64,000 bases of DNA from Nemertoderma westbladi (taxonomy: Eukaryota > Animalia > Xenacoelomorpha): contig JAUCBJ010001214.1 of the NCBI GenBank assembly GCA_032718475.1, positions 55,942 through 119,941 on the forward strand, read 5' to 3'. How positions within the stretch are numbered: the first letter of the stretch is position 1; each line of letters begins with the position of its first letter. The notes below the pieces were generated by a model. That model saw nothing but the letters and a program-made list of their open reading frames with translations, ran no database searches and was not told the DNA's origin. Position numbers and translations under genes: made by a program. Positions 25,036 through 38,760 of this stretch are shown one piece after another.

Positions 25036-28000
25036 GTTTAGTTATACAGTTGAATGTCTACTACTATAGTTTCAGTTAAAGCAAGTCTAGTAATTCAGTA
25101 TGACCGCAAGCCTAGCGATTTATTACCGGTACCGTTACCCAGTGTAACGTGATATATACACAATATATTAGAATACCGGTATGCTGATAATATATAAGTG
25201 TTATTACAGACTAGATGTGTCACAGAGTACCGGTATAATTTTAGCACAAATATATATATATATAGTAGGCCTATAATGAATACCGGTATACAGCTTACAC
25301 TTATAGTATATAAGTATAATTCTGGACTAGAATTAATTACAGAGTACCGGTATGATTTCAGCTCAAATTTATAGAAATAAATATAATAAGCCTATGGTAA
25401 GTACCGGTATGTCAATTATTTTTAGAATAATTGAATTTCTGAATATTTTGGGGTTACTTCGTTACTTTAACTTACTTTATTACCGTTATTTAAGCAGTAG
25501 TCCAACTGACAGTGAGACCTAGTTGTTGTATGGCAGGCCTACTATTTATAAATCGTTTGAGTTGATTTATAATAGATATATACCCGTTTAAAAAGGGGTT
25601 TTGACAATATTTGAAATAAATTTTATTATTTCTGGGGAAGTCACTACACAGAAGCTGAGCGCTCTCAGTGAAGTGTTATTTATTTGACACTAAAACTGAT
25701 AATTCTAATTTACCTAAGTTACTTAATACTACAAATTACTTACGATACGGGTGAGATCAATTCTCTAATTAAACACAACAAAATATTACGTACGAAATTT
25801 TTAGGGTAATTTTACAGGAAGTCTACAAACCAGTCCAACAAAGGGTTAGATTTCTGGCTATTACAAAGGACAGGGTACTACGGTATTTAAATAATAAGTA
25901 GTAGTAAATATATTGTACTGTCCAGATAGGAAAATACCACCGCCTGACGACCTATAACCGTATCGCTATAGGTACTACGTTATGTATCACGGATTGTTCC
26001 TACCCAGAAGCTAATAGAGCTAACGAATGTGCCTATCAACCACTTTACAACACAAATATACTGCCTACACTAATTACTTCGGAAGGCACTGTACACTAAA
26101 CCCTAAATTAGGTACAAGTACCGGTATAACAAATAATCAGTAGTTAAATATACTTGAACAGTTAAAAGAACCACGGCATCTGCTGGAGTGACCGAAGCAC
26201 AAAGTCGTCAGTCTTTACCTACGCCAAGCAGCCCTGATGTAGTACCGGGGTTAGTTTAACTATAACGGTATGTATAACAAGCACAATTACTGTAGGAATA
26301 AACTTGGGGACATGAATGTTGCGAATAATCGCATAAACTCTGAATAATAAATATTACGCTACCCGTACAGAATACTCAAACAAATACAAACCAAACGCTG
26401 GCAGACTACTATTAAGCCTAAACAAACTACTGTATGTGCAGATTCTGAAACTGTTAGTTAGTATGCGTGCTAACACGGTAGTACGACTTACTCTTTAAGA
26501 GGGGATTGACCTTACCGCTTATGGCTGCCCCAACTTACTAACGGCACTTGATCAGACCAACTCTACACACGCAGCAATCCCTTCAGACCCAAAAATAGCT
26601 AGACAACAATCCAGCCTACAAATATTTGAGTAATAACTATTACAGTACCTGAACAGACCACACAAACAAACACAGGCTAAAACACTGGCAGACTACGATC
26701 AAGCCTAAATAAACTACAGTATATGCAGACTCTGAAACTGTTAGTTAGTATGCGTTCTAACACGGTAGTACGACTTATTCTTTAAGAGGGGATTGACCTT
26801 ACAGTTATGACTGCCCCAACTTACTTAACGGCACTTTATCAGACAAACTCTACACACGCCGTAATCTCTCCAAACCCAACCACAGTCAGACAGCAGCTCA
26901 GCCTACAATTATCTGAACAATCTGAGCAGACTTACACGTCTTCAGCTCAATATTAACTTACTAGTAAATAAAACTGACAGAAATAAGTAAGCTCCAAAAG
27001 AAACAAGGGGTGTACAGTCCCTAATCTCTTAAACAGCCTACCGGTATACAATAATCAAAATCGAATAATACTAAATGTACTTGTACAGCAGTACCGGTAC
27101 CGGTGATGACAGTTAGGCCTACTGACCTACAAAGTTCAGTTTTACCGGTCACTACGGTATTTTGCAACCTTATTGCCTACTGCAATAAGATTTTAAACTG
27201 TTACTGTTCGACAGAACAGTATTAAGCTGTATTTAATGCCTACACTTGCAACCTTATTGCCTACTGCAATAAGATTATAAACTGTTACTGTTCGCGCTTT
27301 TGAAGACCTTTAGCAGTTTAACCTGCCAAAATTTATATGTCTTTTAGTTAATTAAAACCACTTTAGCATACGACAATAATTTATGCTAATACGCAAAACA
27401 TTAGCCGAAGTCAGCCCATGCGCGATCATTCACCCGATGGATCTACACCCGGGAGACTGAATTCGGATGCTTGAATTGTATTATTACAGTGTAAGGTTGC
27501 AGTGTATACCTAATGTATTATTCGATAGATCGTTAATAATTAATCTCTGACAGATATTATTGGCTTTCGGGAAATATTAACAGTTCCTTTAGGACGTGGC
27601 GCTTTATCTATTTAAACAGAACTAAGACTTATACTAAAACGCAACGATACTGCTTATGATTAAAGTATAAAGCGTATTCTTTAGGAAATACTTTGTTACC
27701 AATCACGATCATACACACTATTCTGCCGACAGTCAGTACATTTGATCACACATAAAGAGAGCAGTAATTGACTCACGTAGGGTCTGCTAAATAACATTGG
27801 ATTCAATACACACCACATTAATATAAATCGCAATTGTTATGTATAGCCGGTCTCTCTAACCTGTAGTGTTATCAAGAAAATTGGGAATTGGGTGATTTAT
27901 CCGTATTATCCAAATAGCAATATTTCCATCAACAAATAGGTACAATTAATAACTGACGGTAAAATAACAGTACAAGCAATATGATTAATGCAGTTAAGAT

Positions 28001-28515
28001 TGATTAAATTGATCGGTAGTTAGGTAACAGTTTATACTTTCGATAATTCAAGCAGTTTACTATAGTTCTTACTAAAAGGCCGGTGTTTCTGGCTTAGACA
28101 GCAATAACAACAAAGTATCAAGAAAAAACAGTAAGACTGAACACTCTCCTTATGATCGACTAAAAAGCTACACGTCGACAGGAAAAATCGCTCTGATTGG
28201 CTCAAGCCAAACAAAGAACCTTGCATCTAATGGCTGTTTCCATGTCAGCAACCAGCTGCTAGATGTCGTAATATGAATTATCACGGCTAAGCTATGAAAG
28301 GTAGTTGGTGCATTGCAGGTTTTTTGCCTTACCATGTCCACTAAAACACGTATATAGCAGAATTATTTTTATGTCCGTTAAAACACCTGTAAAGGTACCT
28401 TGCGGGCGAGGGGAATATATATACAGTCAGAAAACCTTTTTAGAGTATTCCAGCGCCTGGGGGGGAACTGGCCAGCAAAGGCAAACGTATCAGTTATCCC
28501 ACAAAAGCTTTTACA
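17428..28515 (-). mobile_element. BEL/Pao LTR retrotransposon copy 2, 3'-truncated within integrase
   Basis: TG start at 28515, ~3.5-kb LTR plus leader, then gag-pol in the order Gag-PR-RT-RH-IN. Confidence 0.92.
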
Positions 28516-28628
28516 GTTGCTAGGTACCCAGTTTAAAACCAATCAGGAAATAGTGATTCAAGTAATTTTAACGGCTCCTCAAGACTAATGCTTTCTATGG
28601 AGTTGGCCTCCATGGGCCACCTATGTTT

Positions 28629-29010
28629 TTATACATTTATTATAGGAAGGGATCTTGGGGTCTATAAAATGGCAGCTGGCTTTGAAGTTAATACTCCATA
28701 TCTCAAGAACCTGTGGCCTAGTGGTTGTAGTCTCGGCTTCCACCTCGAGGTCCCAGGTTCGAATCCGACACCACGCTGTTTCGACCCAGTAAGGTCGAAA
28801 CGCGTACGTGGTTTGGAGAGATATGAGATATTAATTTCGAGAAAAAATTACGCGATTCCTAAATTTGTACACTACCCGGTTAAAAAGTACGCAAGTGATG
28901 GGATTAGTCCTACAATTGCGCCAATAAAAGATAAGTTATTTTCGGTAAAATAAATAAACTTATCATTCGAGGTTAAGACCCCAAGATCCCTTCCTATAAT
29001 AAATGTATAA
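28629..29010. mobile_element. MITE-like element with 35-bp perfect terminal inverted repeats
   Basis: TTATACATTTATTATAGGAAGGGATCTTGGGGTCT (28629-28663) is the exact reverse complement of 28976-29010. Confidence 0.8.
28710..28776 (+). other. tRNA-derived (SINE-head-like) sequence with Pol III A and B boxes
   Basis: A-box TGGCCTAGTGG and B-box GGTTCGAATCC at tRNA-like spacing; stems are imperfect. Confidence 0.6.
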
Positions 29011-30537
29011 TAACAAACACCTCGAAAAATACAGCTTGCCAACACATTGTTACTATGTACCTATGTTTTTGTAATATGTAACACTGGCCCGTGAGTGCCA
29101 ATACAATTTATTACTACAGTATTAATTATTTTACTTGTTTATTATTTGAACCGTGGAAGCTAAGTAGGCCTATATTTTTATAGGTGGCCTCCATGGTCCA
29201 CGAATGACTTAATTATAAGTGTGGACCATGGGTGCCACATATATTTTTTCAGTTGGCCTCCATGAGCCACCATAGATGTGTCCTCGTAAGTCTACATGTT
29301 GTAGTCCTGTGAGTTACTGTACATTAGGCCCTACGCCTAAATACTGTAGATACTTCATACTTGAATTTGAATGAAGTTAGGACAATTGCGACACGGACAA
29401 TTGCGACGCGATCATAAATATAACTATTTACATTATTGTGTGCAAAGTATAACTTTGCAGCGTTATGACCTGAGTTTATTTATGTACCGAGCGAGCGCAG
29501 CGAGGGAGGTTTACATAAATAAACAAGGGTCTTTAACGCTGAAAAGTGAAAAGAAAGAAGAGTGAAAAGAAAAGTTGTATCTAGACAAGTTTTTTCAAAA
29601 TTATAAAAGAAACATTTTTAGTCAAATTTTGTTTGTTTTTCTTTTAATTCCTTTAATTCTTTTAATTTCTTTTAATTGGGGGCTGCCGCCCCCAAACCCC
29701 CGCTTCTTTTTTTTATCGCCCCCAGACCCCGGCATTTCCCTGAGTGCCCGTGGTGAAAGACTTAAGACCACTTTGAAATAATTAATTCATGTTTGAATCA
29801 TCAGATAATAAATTGATTAAGCCTAAAGTAGGAGCTGTATTGAATGTTAACCACTTTAATATATAAATTACTACAATATTATATAATTCAACAAAATCCT
29901 ATTAAAAATATTGCAAGTAACCAGGAAATTTAATATGTAGTGTGTATAATATCTATATAGTATGTATAGTAGTAATATGTATATCAATATGTAATGCTGA
30001 ACACAGAATACAGGTCGACGCATGTCGATTTCACCCTGGAGATGTATAATTTTGATTGCAACAATAATATTCATCCCCATCTGCTACAATTTGAAGAAGA
30101 CTATTACATAATAATACCTATAATTAAAACAATTAATTATTATAATTCTATAGTTAATAAAAACAGTATATCATTCCGGGGATGGAATTTATAGGTCATC
30201 TAATATAATTAATTGTTTAAAGATTAGCAAACAATACGATGTAATTGCATTGATAAAACCCATAAATAAAACTTGGATATAAAATGTAAAATCGGGATGC
30301 AAAAGATCACTTTCTGAGCTACGAAAGGAAAATTGGATACAACTTATCTGGATACAAGCGGTCCGTTTACCTTACAAAATGAAAAATACGAATGTGCGAA
30401 GTTAAGAACAGTCGGGGGGGGAAGTGTCCGCGGGGGGGAAGTGTCTGGGGGGGAAGTTTCCGGGGGGGAAGTGTCCGAACACCATTTACATACAGTATGT
30501 AGCTAGTTCCGTCACTTCAAACTAGACGCACGCATTG

Positions 30538-30727
30538 GGCCGCGTTCACACTACCGAGTCAAAGTCAAAGTCAAAAGAAAATAAATATAGCTAGCTAGCA
30601 ATAATAAATAATAATACATTATATAGGCCTAATATAATACATAATGGCGTTCTAGAAAAAATTAATTTCTTGTTATTTTTTTTATATTTTGTCTTTTGAC
30701 TTTGACTCGGTAAGTGTGAACGCGGCC
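30538..30727. mobile_element. PIF/Harbinger-like MITE
   Basis: TIRs GGCCGCGTTCACACT-ACCGAGTCAAAGTCAAA and TTTGACTTTGACTCGGTAAGTGTGAACGCGGCC; flanks TTG/TTA approximate a TWA TSD. Confidence 0.7.
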
Positions 30728-31025
30728 TTATTCAAACACGTGCTGCTTTATTGAATAAAAGAGGCACGCATTAATATAAATGGAAATAATATATTCTGGA
30801 ATACGGTAATTTAACTTGTTTCCATGTTGTTGATTACTTTGCACGTTGCGTCCTATAGGCCGCAACGCTGCAAAGTAGTACTTTGCAGCGTTACGAGTAA
30901 TGTAATTTTTACATTAATTTATACAGCAATTAATTTAATTTGTGTAGTTTCTATCACTTATGATATATATGCAATCATTTCGTAATGTTACAATTTTGGA
31001 ATAAAACAAAATACATACTTGTTGC

Positions 31026-31386
31026 AAAGTACTTTATTCCAAAACTGTAACTTTACTCAACGCCGTTAGTATTAACAGCGAGTTGTTATTTAGCACTTTA
31101 CAACTTTCGAGGACATTACAGCATTGTATTGCCCTGTACATTTAGTATTGTATTTGGTGTTATTGTTTACCTGGTAACCCATGACGGCGTTAAGTAATGT
31201 CCCCATAGTGGACATTACTTAACGCCGCGAAGGGTTACCACATAAACAATAACACCAAATACAATACTAAATGTACAGGTCAATACAATGTTGTAATGTC
31301 CTCTAAAGTTGTAAAGTGCTAAATAACAACTCGCTGTTAATACTAACGGCGTTGAACAATGTTACAATTTTGGAATAAAGTACTTT
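31026..31386. repeat. ~360-bp near-perfect palindrome (foldback)
   Basis: Arms of ~175 bp start and end with AAAGTACTTT and meet at GTAATGTCC-CCATAGT-GGACATTAC (~31205). Confidence 0.92.
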
Positions 31387-32072
31387 AACAGTGTTCTGAT
31401 CCTCGTGGCTTTATTTTCACTCACTCACTAACGTTTGTTCGTGTAACAAAGCACTCAGACTCAGATCGTCACACTGTAAAGTGCTACTTTACACACAGGT
31501 ATGTAAATAGTTAAAAAAATTATTCTTTAATAAAATGCTTATTTGTTGTATATCTTACTAAAATAATAATAATATTTAATAAATATATTAAAATCTTTTT
31601 AGCAAATTTCCGAATGCACAAAATCTAATGTTTAATTAATTCATTGTTTGGCGTTAAGATGGTATTTTTCCCATTAAACTAAATGAAATTAGTTGATTAC
31701 CAATAATTTGTTGTTTCATAAAGAATACGAAATTGTGTAAAATAAGGAATGGTATATTAATTGGAATTCTGTGTTGACGCCCTTATACTGACTTACCGAC
31801 CTATGACGACATCTGTTAATAAATCATAAACTAAATTGTCACATTGTCGTTATTTACAGGCTAAATCGGTATTTTTATATCCCGTAAACTCCGGTAAATA
31901 CAAAGCTTCGGAAACTTACAAATAATATATTATGATATCTACGTTTGTAAAGAAGCGCGGCCTGGATTGCTGGAGTTTGTGTCGAACAGATGTCAATGAC
32001 TCACTGTCTATTGATGGGTGTCGGAGTTACCAGACGGAAACTACCAAAGTGAAACCCAGTCAACCGCTAACA

Positions 32073-35000
32073 GACAGTTCATAAAGGTTAATAACCGGAC
32101 AGTTGAAAAAGGTTAGTAACCGGACAGTTGACAAAGGTTAGTAACCGGACAGTTGACAAAGGTTAACCGGGCAGTTGACAAAGGTTAGTAACCGGACAGT
32201 TGTTGACAGAGGTTTGTGACTGAACAGTTCACAAAGGTTAGTAACCGGACAGTTGACAAAGGTTAGTAAACGGACTGTTTACAAAGGATAGTAACCGGAC
32301 AGTTCACAAAGGTTAGTAACCGGACAGTTGACAAAGGTTAGTAACCGGACAGTTGTTGACAGAGGTTTGTAACCGAACAGTTCACAAAGGTTAGTAACCG
32401 GACAGTTGACAAAGGTTACTACCGGACAGTGGTTGACAGAGGTCAGTAACCGAACAGTTCACAAAGGTTAGTAACCGGACAGTTGACAAAGGATAGTAAA
32501 CGGACTGTTTACAAAGGATAGTAACCGGACAGTTCACAAAGGATAGTAACCGGACAGTTGACAAAGGTTGGTAACCGGACAGTTGTTGACAGAGGTTTGT
32601 AACTGAACAGTTCACTAAGGTTAGTAACCGGACAGTTCACAAAGGTTAGTAAACAGACAGTTTACAAAGGATAGTAACCGGACAGTTCACAAAGGTTAGT
32701 AACCGGACAGTTGACAAAGGTTAGTAACCGGACAGTTGTTGTCAGAGGTTTGTAACCGAACAGTTCACAAAGGTTAGTAACCGGACAGTTGACAAAGGTT
32801 ACTACCGGACAGTGGTTGACAGAGGTCAGTAACCGAACAGTTCACAAAGGTTAGTAACCGGACAGTTGACAAAGGTTAGTTACCGCACAGTTGACAAAGG
32901 TTACTAACCGGACAGTGGTTGACAGAGGTCAGTAACCGAACAGTTCACAAAGGTTAGTAACCGGACAGTTGACAAAGGTTAGTAACCGGAGAAGTTGACA
33001 AAGGTTAGTTACCGGACAGTTGACAAAGGTTACTAACCGGACAGTGGTTGACAGAGGTCAGTAACCGAACAGTTCACAAAGGTTATTAACCGGACAGTTG
33101 ACAAAGGTTAGTAACCGGACAGTTCACAAAGGTTAGTAAACGGACAGTTCACAAAGGATAGTAACCGGAAAGTTCACAAAGGTTAGTAACCGGACAGTTG
33201 ACAAAGGTTAGTAACCGGATAGTTGTTGACAGAGCTTTGTAACCGAACAGTTCACAAAGGTTAGTAACCGGACAGTTGACAAAGGTTAGTAACCGGACAG
33301 TTGACAAAGGTTAGTAACCGGACAGTTGACAAAGGTTAGTAACCGGACAGTTGTTGACAGAGGTTTGTAACTGAACAGTTCACTAAGGTTAGTAACAGGA
33401 CAGTTGACAAAGGTTAGTAAGCAGACAGTTTACAAAGGATAGTAACCGGACAGTTCACAAAGGTTAGTAACCGGACAGTTGACAAAGGTTAGTAACCGGA
33501 CAGTTGTTGACAGAGCTTTGTAACCGAACAGTTCACAAAGGTTAGTAACCGGACAGTTGACAAAGGTTACTAACCGGACAGTGGTTGACAGAGGTCAGTA
33601 ACCGAACAGTTCACAAAAGTTAGTAACCGGACAGTTGACAAAGGTTAGTTACCGGACAGTTTACAAAAGTTACTAACCGGACAGTGGTTGACAGAGGTCA
33701 GTAACCGAACAGTTCACAAAGGTTAGTAACCGGACAGTTGACAAAGGTTAGTAACCGGACAGTTGACAAAGGTTAGTTACCGGACAGTTGACAAAGGTTA
33801 CTAACCGGACAGTGGTTGGCAGAGGTCAGTAACCGAACAGTTCACAAAGGTTAGTAACCGGACAGTTGACAAAGGTTAGTAACCGGACAGTTCACAAAGG
33901 TTAGAAACAGGACAGTTGACAAAGGTTAGTTACCAGACAGATCACGAAGGTTAGTAACCGGACAGTTGACAAAGGTTAGTAAACGGACAGTTCACAAAGG
34001 ATAGTAACCGGAAAGTTCACAAAGGTTAGTAACCGGACAGTTGACAAAGGTTAGTAACCGGACAGTTGTTGACAGAGGTTTGTAACTGAACAGTTCACAA
34101 AGGTTAGTAACCGGACAGTTGACGAAGGTTAGTAAACGGACAGTTCACAAAGGATGGTAACCGGACAGTTCACAAAGGATAGTAACCGGACAGTTCACAA
34201 AGGTTAGTAACCGGACAGTTGACAAAGGATAGTAACCGGACAGTTGTTGACAGAGTTTAGTAACCGGACAGTTGTTGACAGAGCTTTGTAACCGGACAGT
34301 TCACAAAGGTTAGTAACCGGACAGTTGACAAAGGTTACTAACCGGACAGTGGTTGACAGAGGTCAGTAACCGAACAGTTCACAAAAGGTAGTAACCGGAC
34401 AGTTGACAAAGGTTAGTTACCGGACAGTTTACAAAAGTTACTAACCGGACAGTGGTTGACAGAGGTCAGTAACCGAACAGTTCACAAAGGTTAGTAACCG
34501 GACAGTTGACAAAGGTTAGTAACCGGACAGTTGACAAAGGTTAGTTACCGGACAGTTGACAAAGGTTACTAACCGGACAGTGGTTGGCAGAGGTCAGTAA
34601 CCGAACAGTTCACAAAGGTTAGTAACCGGACAGTTGACAAAGGTTAGTAACCGGACAGTTCACAAAGGTTAGAAACAGGACAGTTGACAAAGGTTAGTTA
34701 CCAGACAGATCACAAAGGTTAGTAACCGGACAGTTGACAAAGGTTAGTAAACGGACAGTTCACAAAGGATAGTAACCGGAAAGTTCACAAAGGTTAGTAA
34801 CCGGACAGTTGACAAAGGTTAGTAACCGGACAGTTGTTGACAGAGGTTTGTAACTGAACAGTTCACAAAGGTTAGTAACCGGACATTTGACAAAGGTTAG
34901 TAAACAGACAGTTTACAAAGGATAGGTAACCGGACAGTTCACAAAGGTTAGTAACCGGACAGTTGACAAAGGTTAGTAACCGGACAGTTGTTGACAGAGC

Positions 35001-36700
35001 TTTGTAACCGAACAGTTCACAAAGGTTAGTAACCGGACAGTTGACAAAGGTTACTAACCGGACAGTGGTTGACAGAGGTCAGTAACCGAACAGTTCACAA
35101 AAGTTAGTAACCGGACAGTTGACAAAGGTTAGTTACCGGACAGTTTACAAAAGTTACTAACCGGACAGTGGTTGACAGAGGTCAGTAACCGAACAGTTCA
35201 CAAAGGTTAGTAACCGGACAGTTGACAAAGGTTAGTAACCGGACAGTTGACAAAGGTTAGTTACCGGACAGTTGACAAAGGTTACTAACCGGACAGTGGT
35301 TGGCAGAGGTCAGTAACCGAACAGTTCACAAAGGTTAGTAACCGGACAGTTCACAAAGGTTAGTAACCGGACAGTTCACAAAGGTTAGAAACAGGACAGT
35401 TGACAAAGGTTAGTTACCAGACAGATCACAAAGGTTAGTAACCGGACAGTTGACAAAGGTTAGTAAACGGACAGTTCACAAAGGATAGTAACCGGAAAGT
35501 TCACAAAGGTTAGTAACCGGACAGTTGACAAAGGTTAGTAACCGGACAGTTGTTGACAGAGGTTTGTAACTGAACAGTTCACGAAGGTTAGTAACCGGAC
35601 AGTTGACGAAGGTTAGTAAACGGACAGTTCACAAAGGATAGTAACCGGACAGTTCACAAAGGATAGTAACCGGACAGTTCACAAAGGTTAGTAACCGGAC
35701 AGTTGACAAAGGATAGTAACCGGACAGTTGTTGACAGAGGTTTGTAACCGAACAGTTCACAAAGGTTAGTAACCGGACAGTTGACAAAGGTTAGTAAACG
35801 GACAGTTCACAAAGGATATTAACCGGACAGTTCACAAAGGTTAGTAACCGGACAGTTGACAAAGGATAGTAACCGGACAGTTGTTGACAGAGGCTTGTAA
35901 CCGAACAGTTCACAAAGGTTAGAAACCGGACAGTTCACAAAGGTTAGATACCGGACAGTTGACAAAGGTTAGTAACCGGACAGTTGACAATGGTTAGTTA
36001 CCGGACAGTTGACAAAGGTTACTAACTGGACAGTTGTTGAGAGAGGTCAGTAACCGAACAGTTCACAAAGGCTAGTAACCGGACAGTTGACAAAGGTTAG
36101 TAACCGGACAGTTCACAAAGGTTAGAAACCGGACAGTTGACAAAGGTTAGTTACCGGACAGTTAAAAAAGGTTAGTAACCGGACAGTTGTTGACAGAGGT
36201 TTGTAACCGAACAGTTCACAAAGGTTAGTGACCGGACAGTTGACAAAGGTTAGTAACCGGACAGTTGACAAAGGTTAGTAACTGGACAGTTGACAAAGGT
36301 TAGTAACCGGACAGTTGTTGACAGGGGTTAATAACCGAACAGTTCACAAAGGTTAGTAACCGGACAGTTGACAAAGGTTAGTAACCGGACAGTTGACAAT
36401 AAGGTTAGCTACCGGACAGTTGTCAAAGTGTAGTAACCGGACCGTTGTTAACAGAGGTTTGTAACTGAACAGTTGACAAAGGTTAGTAACCAGACAGTTC
36501 ACAAAGGTTAGAAACCGGACAATTGACAAAGGTTAGTAACCGGACAGTTGAAAAGGTTAGTAACCGGTCAGTTGACAAAGGTTAGTAACCGGACAGTTGT
36601 TGACAGAGGTTAGTAACCGAACAGTTCACAAAGGTTAGTAACCGGACAGTTGTCAAAGGTTAGTAACCGGACAGTTGACAAAGGTTAGTAACCGGACAGT
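32073..36700. repeat. 22/25-bp tandem array (~4.6 kb, roughly 200 units)
   Basis: Unit CAGTTGACAAAGGTTAGTAACCGGA-type with recurring GTTGTTGACAGAGG variants. Confidence 0.97.
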
Positions 36701-37149
36701 TTGAAAAGATTATTAAAGTCACACCAAAATTGATGAAAATTTCACCAAAAAGCTTATAAAACACCAATTTAAATAAATTTTACCACAATAAAAAATTATT
36801 AAACACCAAATAAAATAAAGTCATCCCAAATAAAATTATTCACACACCGAAATAAATTATTCAACACAAAAACAATTATTCAAAACCCAAATAAATAAAT
36901 TCCCCCCAAAACCAATTATTCACACCAAATTATATGAAAAAAAAAACCCAAAATAATTTCGAATTTTCCCAAAGTAAAGACATTTTTTCCCAAAATAAGT
37001 ACATAATCCCCCAAAATAATTCATATTCCACCAAAATAAATACATAATCCCCCAAAATAAATACATATTTTCCCCAAAATAAATACATATTCTCCCAAAA
37101 TAAATGCATAATCCCCCAAAATAATCAAATATGCTACCAAAATAATCAG

Positions 37150-37636
37150 AGTCTCAGTTACAGACTCTCAGTTACAGACTCTAAGTTACAGACTCTAAGT
37201 TACAGACTCTCAGTTACATACTATCAGTTACAGACTCTCAGTTACATACTATCAGTTACAGACTCTCAGTTACATACTATCAGTTACAGACTCTCAGTTA
37301 CATACTATCAGTTACAGACTCTCAGTTACATACTATCAGTTACAGACTCTCAGTTACATACTATCAGTTACAGACTCTCAGTTACATACTATCAGTTACA
37401 GACTCTCAGTTACATACTCTCAGTTACAGACTCTCAGTTACAGACTCTCAGTTGCAGACTCTCAGTTACATACTCTCAGTTACAGACTCTCAGTTACAGA
37501 CTCTCAGTTACAGACTCTCAGTTGCAGACTCTCAGTTACAGACTCTCAGTTGCAGACTCTCAGTTACATACTCTCAGTTACAGACTCTCAGTTACAGACT
37601 CTCAGTTACAGACTCTCAGTTACAGACTCTCAGTTG
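37150..37636. repeat. 14-bp tandem array (~35 units)
   Basis: Unit GACTCTCAGTTACA with TACTATCAGTTACA variants. Confidence 0.95.
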
Positions 37637-37789
37637 CACTGCACACTATTGGTACGATGATCGTCGTCGGTATGATTAAACATTTTGTTTGATTTATGGA
37701 AATAAATAATTAATGAATTTTGTATAAATAAATTATTTTTTAAATGTAAAGTGTAACGTTTTTTTTGTAATTATTTAAGGGAGATTGAA

Positions 37790-38760
37790 TAATTGTTTTT
37801 GGGGTATGATTCATTGTTTTTGGGGCGTGAATAATTGTTTTTGGGGGAATCAATAATTATTTTTGGGGCGTGAATAATTGTTTTTGGGGATAAATAATTG
37901 TTTTTGGGGGATGAATAATTGTTTTTGGGGGATGAATAATTGTTTTTGGGGGATGAATAATTGTTTTTGGGGAATGAATAATTGTTTTTGGGGGATGAAT
38001 AATTGTTTTTAGGGGGTGAATAATTGTTTTTGTGGAATCAATAATTGTTTTTGGGGGGTGAATATGTTTTTGGGGGAATCAATAATTGTTTTTGGGGGAT
38101 GGATAATTGTTTTTGGGGGATGAATAATTATTTTTGGGGGATGAATAATTGTTTTTGGGGGATGAATAATTGTTTTTGGGGGATGAATAATTGTTTTTGG
38201 GGGATAATTGTTTTTGGGGGGTGAATATGTTTTTGGGGGAATCAATAATTGTTTTTGGGGGATGAATAATTGTTTTTGGGGGATGAATAATTGTTTTTGG
38301 GGGATGAATAATTGTTTTTGGGGGATGAATAATTGTTTTTGGGGGATGAATAATTGTTTTTGGGGGGTGAATATGTTTTTGGGGGAATCAATAATTGTTT
38401 TTGGGGGATGAATAATTGTTTTTGGGGGATGAATAATTGTTTTTGGGGGATAATTGTTTTTGGGGGGTGAATATGTTTTTGGGGGAATCAATAATTGTTT
38501 TTGGGGGATGAATAATTGTTTTTGGGGGATGAATAATTGTTTTTGGGGGATGAATAATTGTTTTTGGGGGATGAATAATTGTTTTTGGGGGATGAATAAT
38601 TGTTTTTGGGGGGTGAATATGTTTTTGGGGGAATCAATAATTGTTTTTGGGGGATGAATAATTGTTTTTGGGGGATGGATAATTGTTTTTGGTGGTGAAT
38701 AATTGTTTTTGGGGGAAGAATAATTGTTTTTGGGGGATGACTAATTGTTTTTGGTGGGAG
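37790..38760. repeat. 21-bp tandem array
   Basis: Unit GAATAATTGTTTTTGGGGGAT. Confidence 0.95.

Noticed and set aside
28710-28776. Functional tRNA gene
   Set aside because: Acceptor and anticodon stems are imperfect and it sits within a TIR element; treated as tRNA-derived.
29380-30484. GGACAATTGCGAC and GGGGGGAAGTGTCC short repeats suggesting a DNA transposon remnant
   Set aside because: The ends do not form convincing TIRs or a TSD by eye, so no element boundaries were called.
37634-37710. Possible terminal exon after the 14-bp CTCTCAG array (acceptor amplification)
   Set aside because: Too short to identify, no recognisable protein, and it lies inside the apparent foldback insertion.
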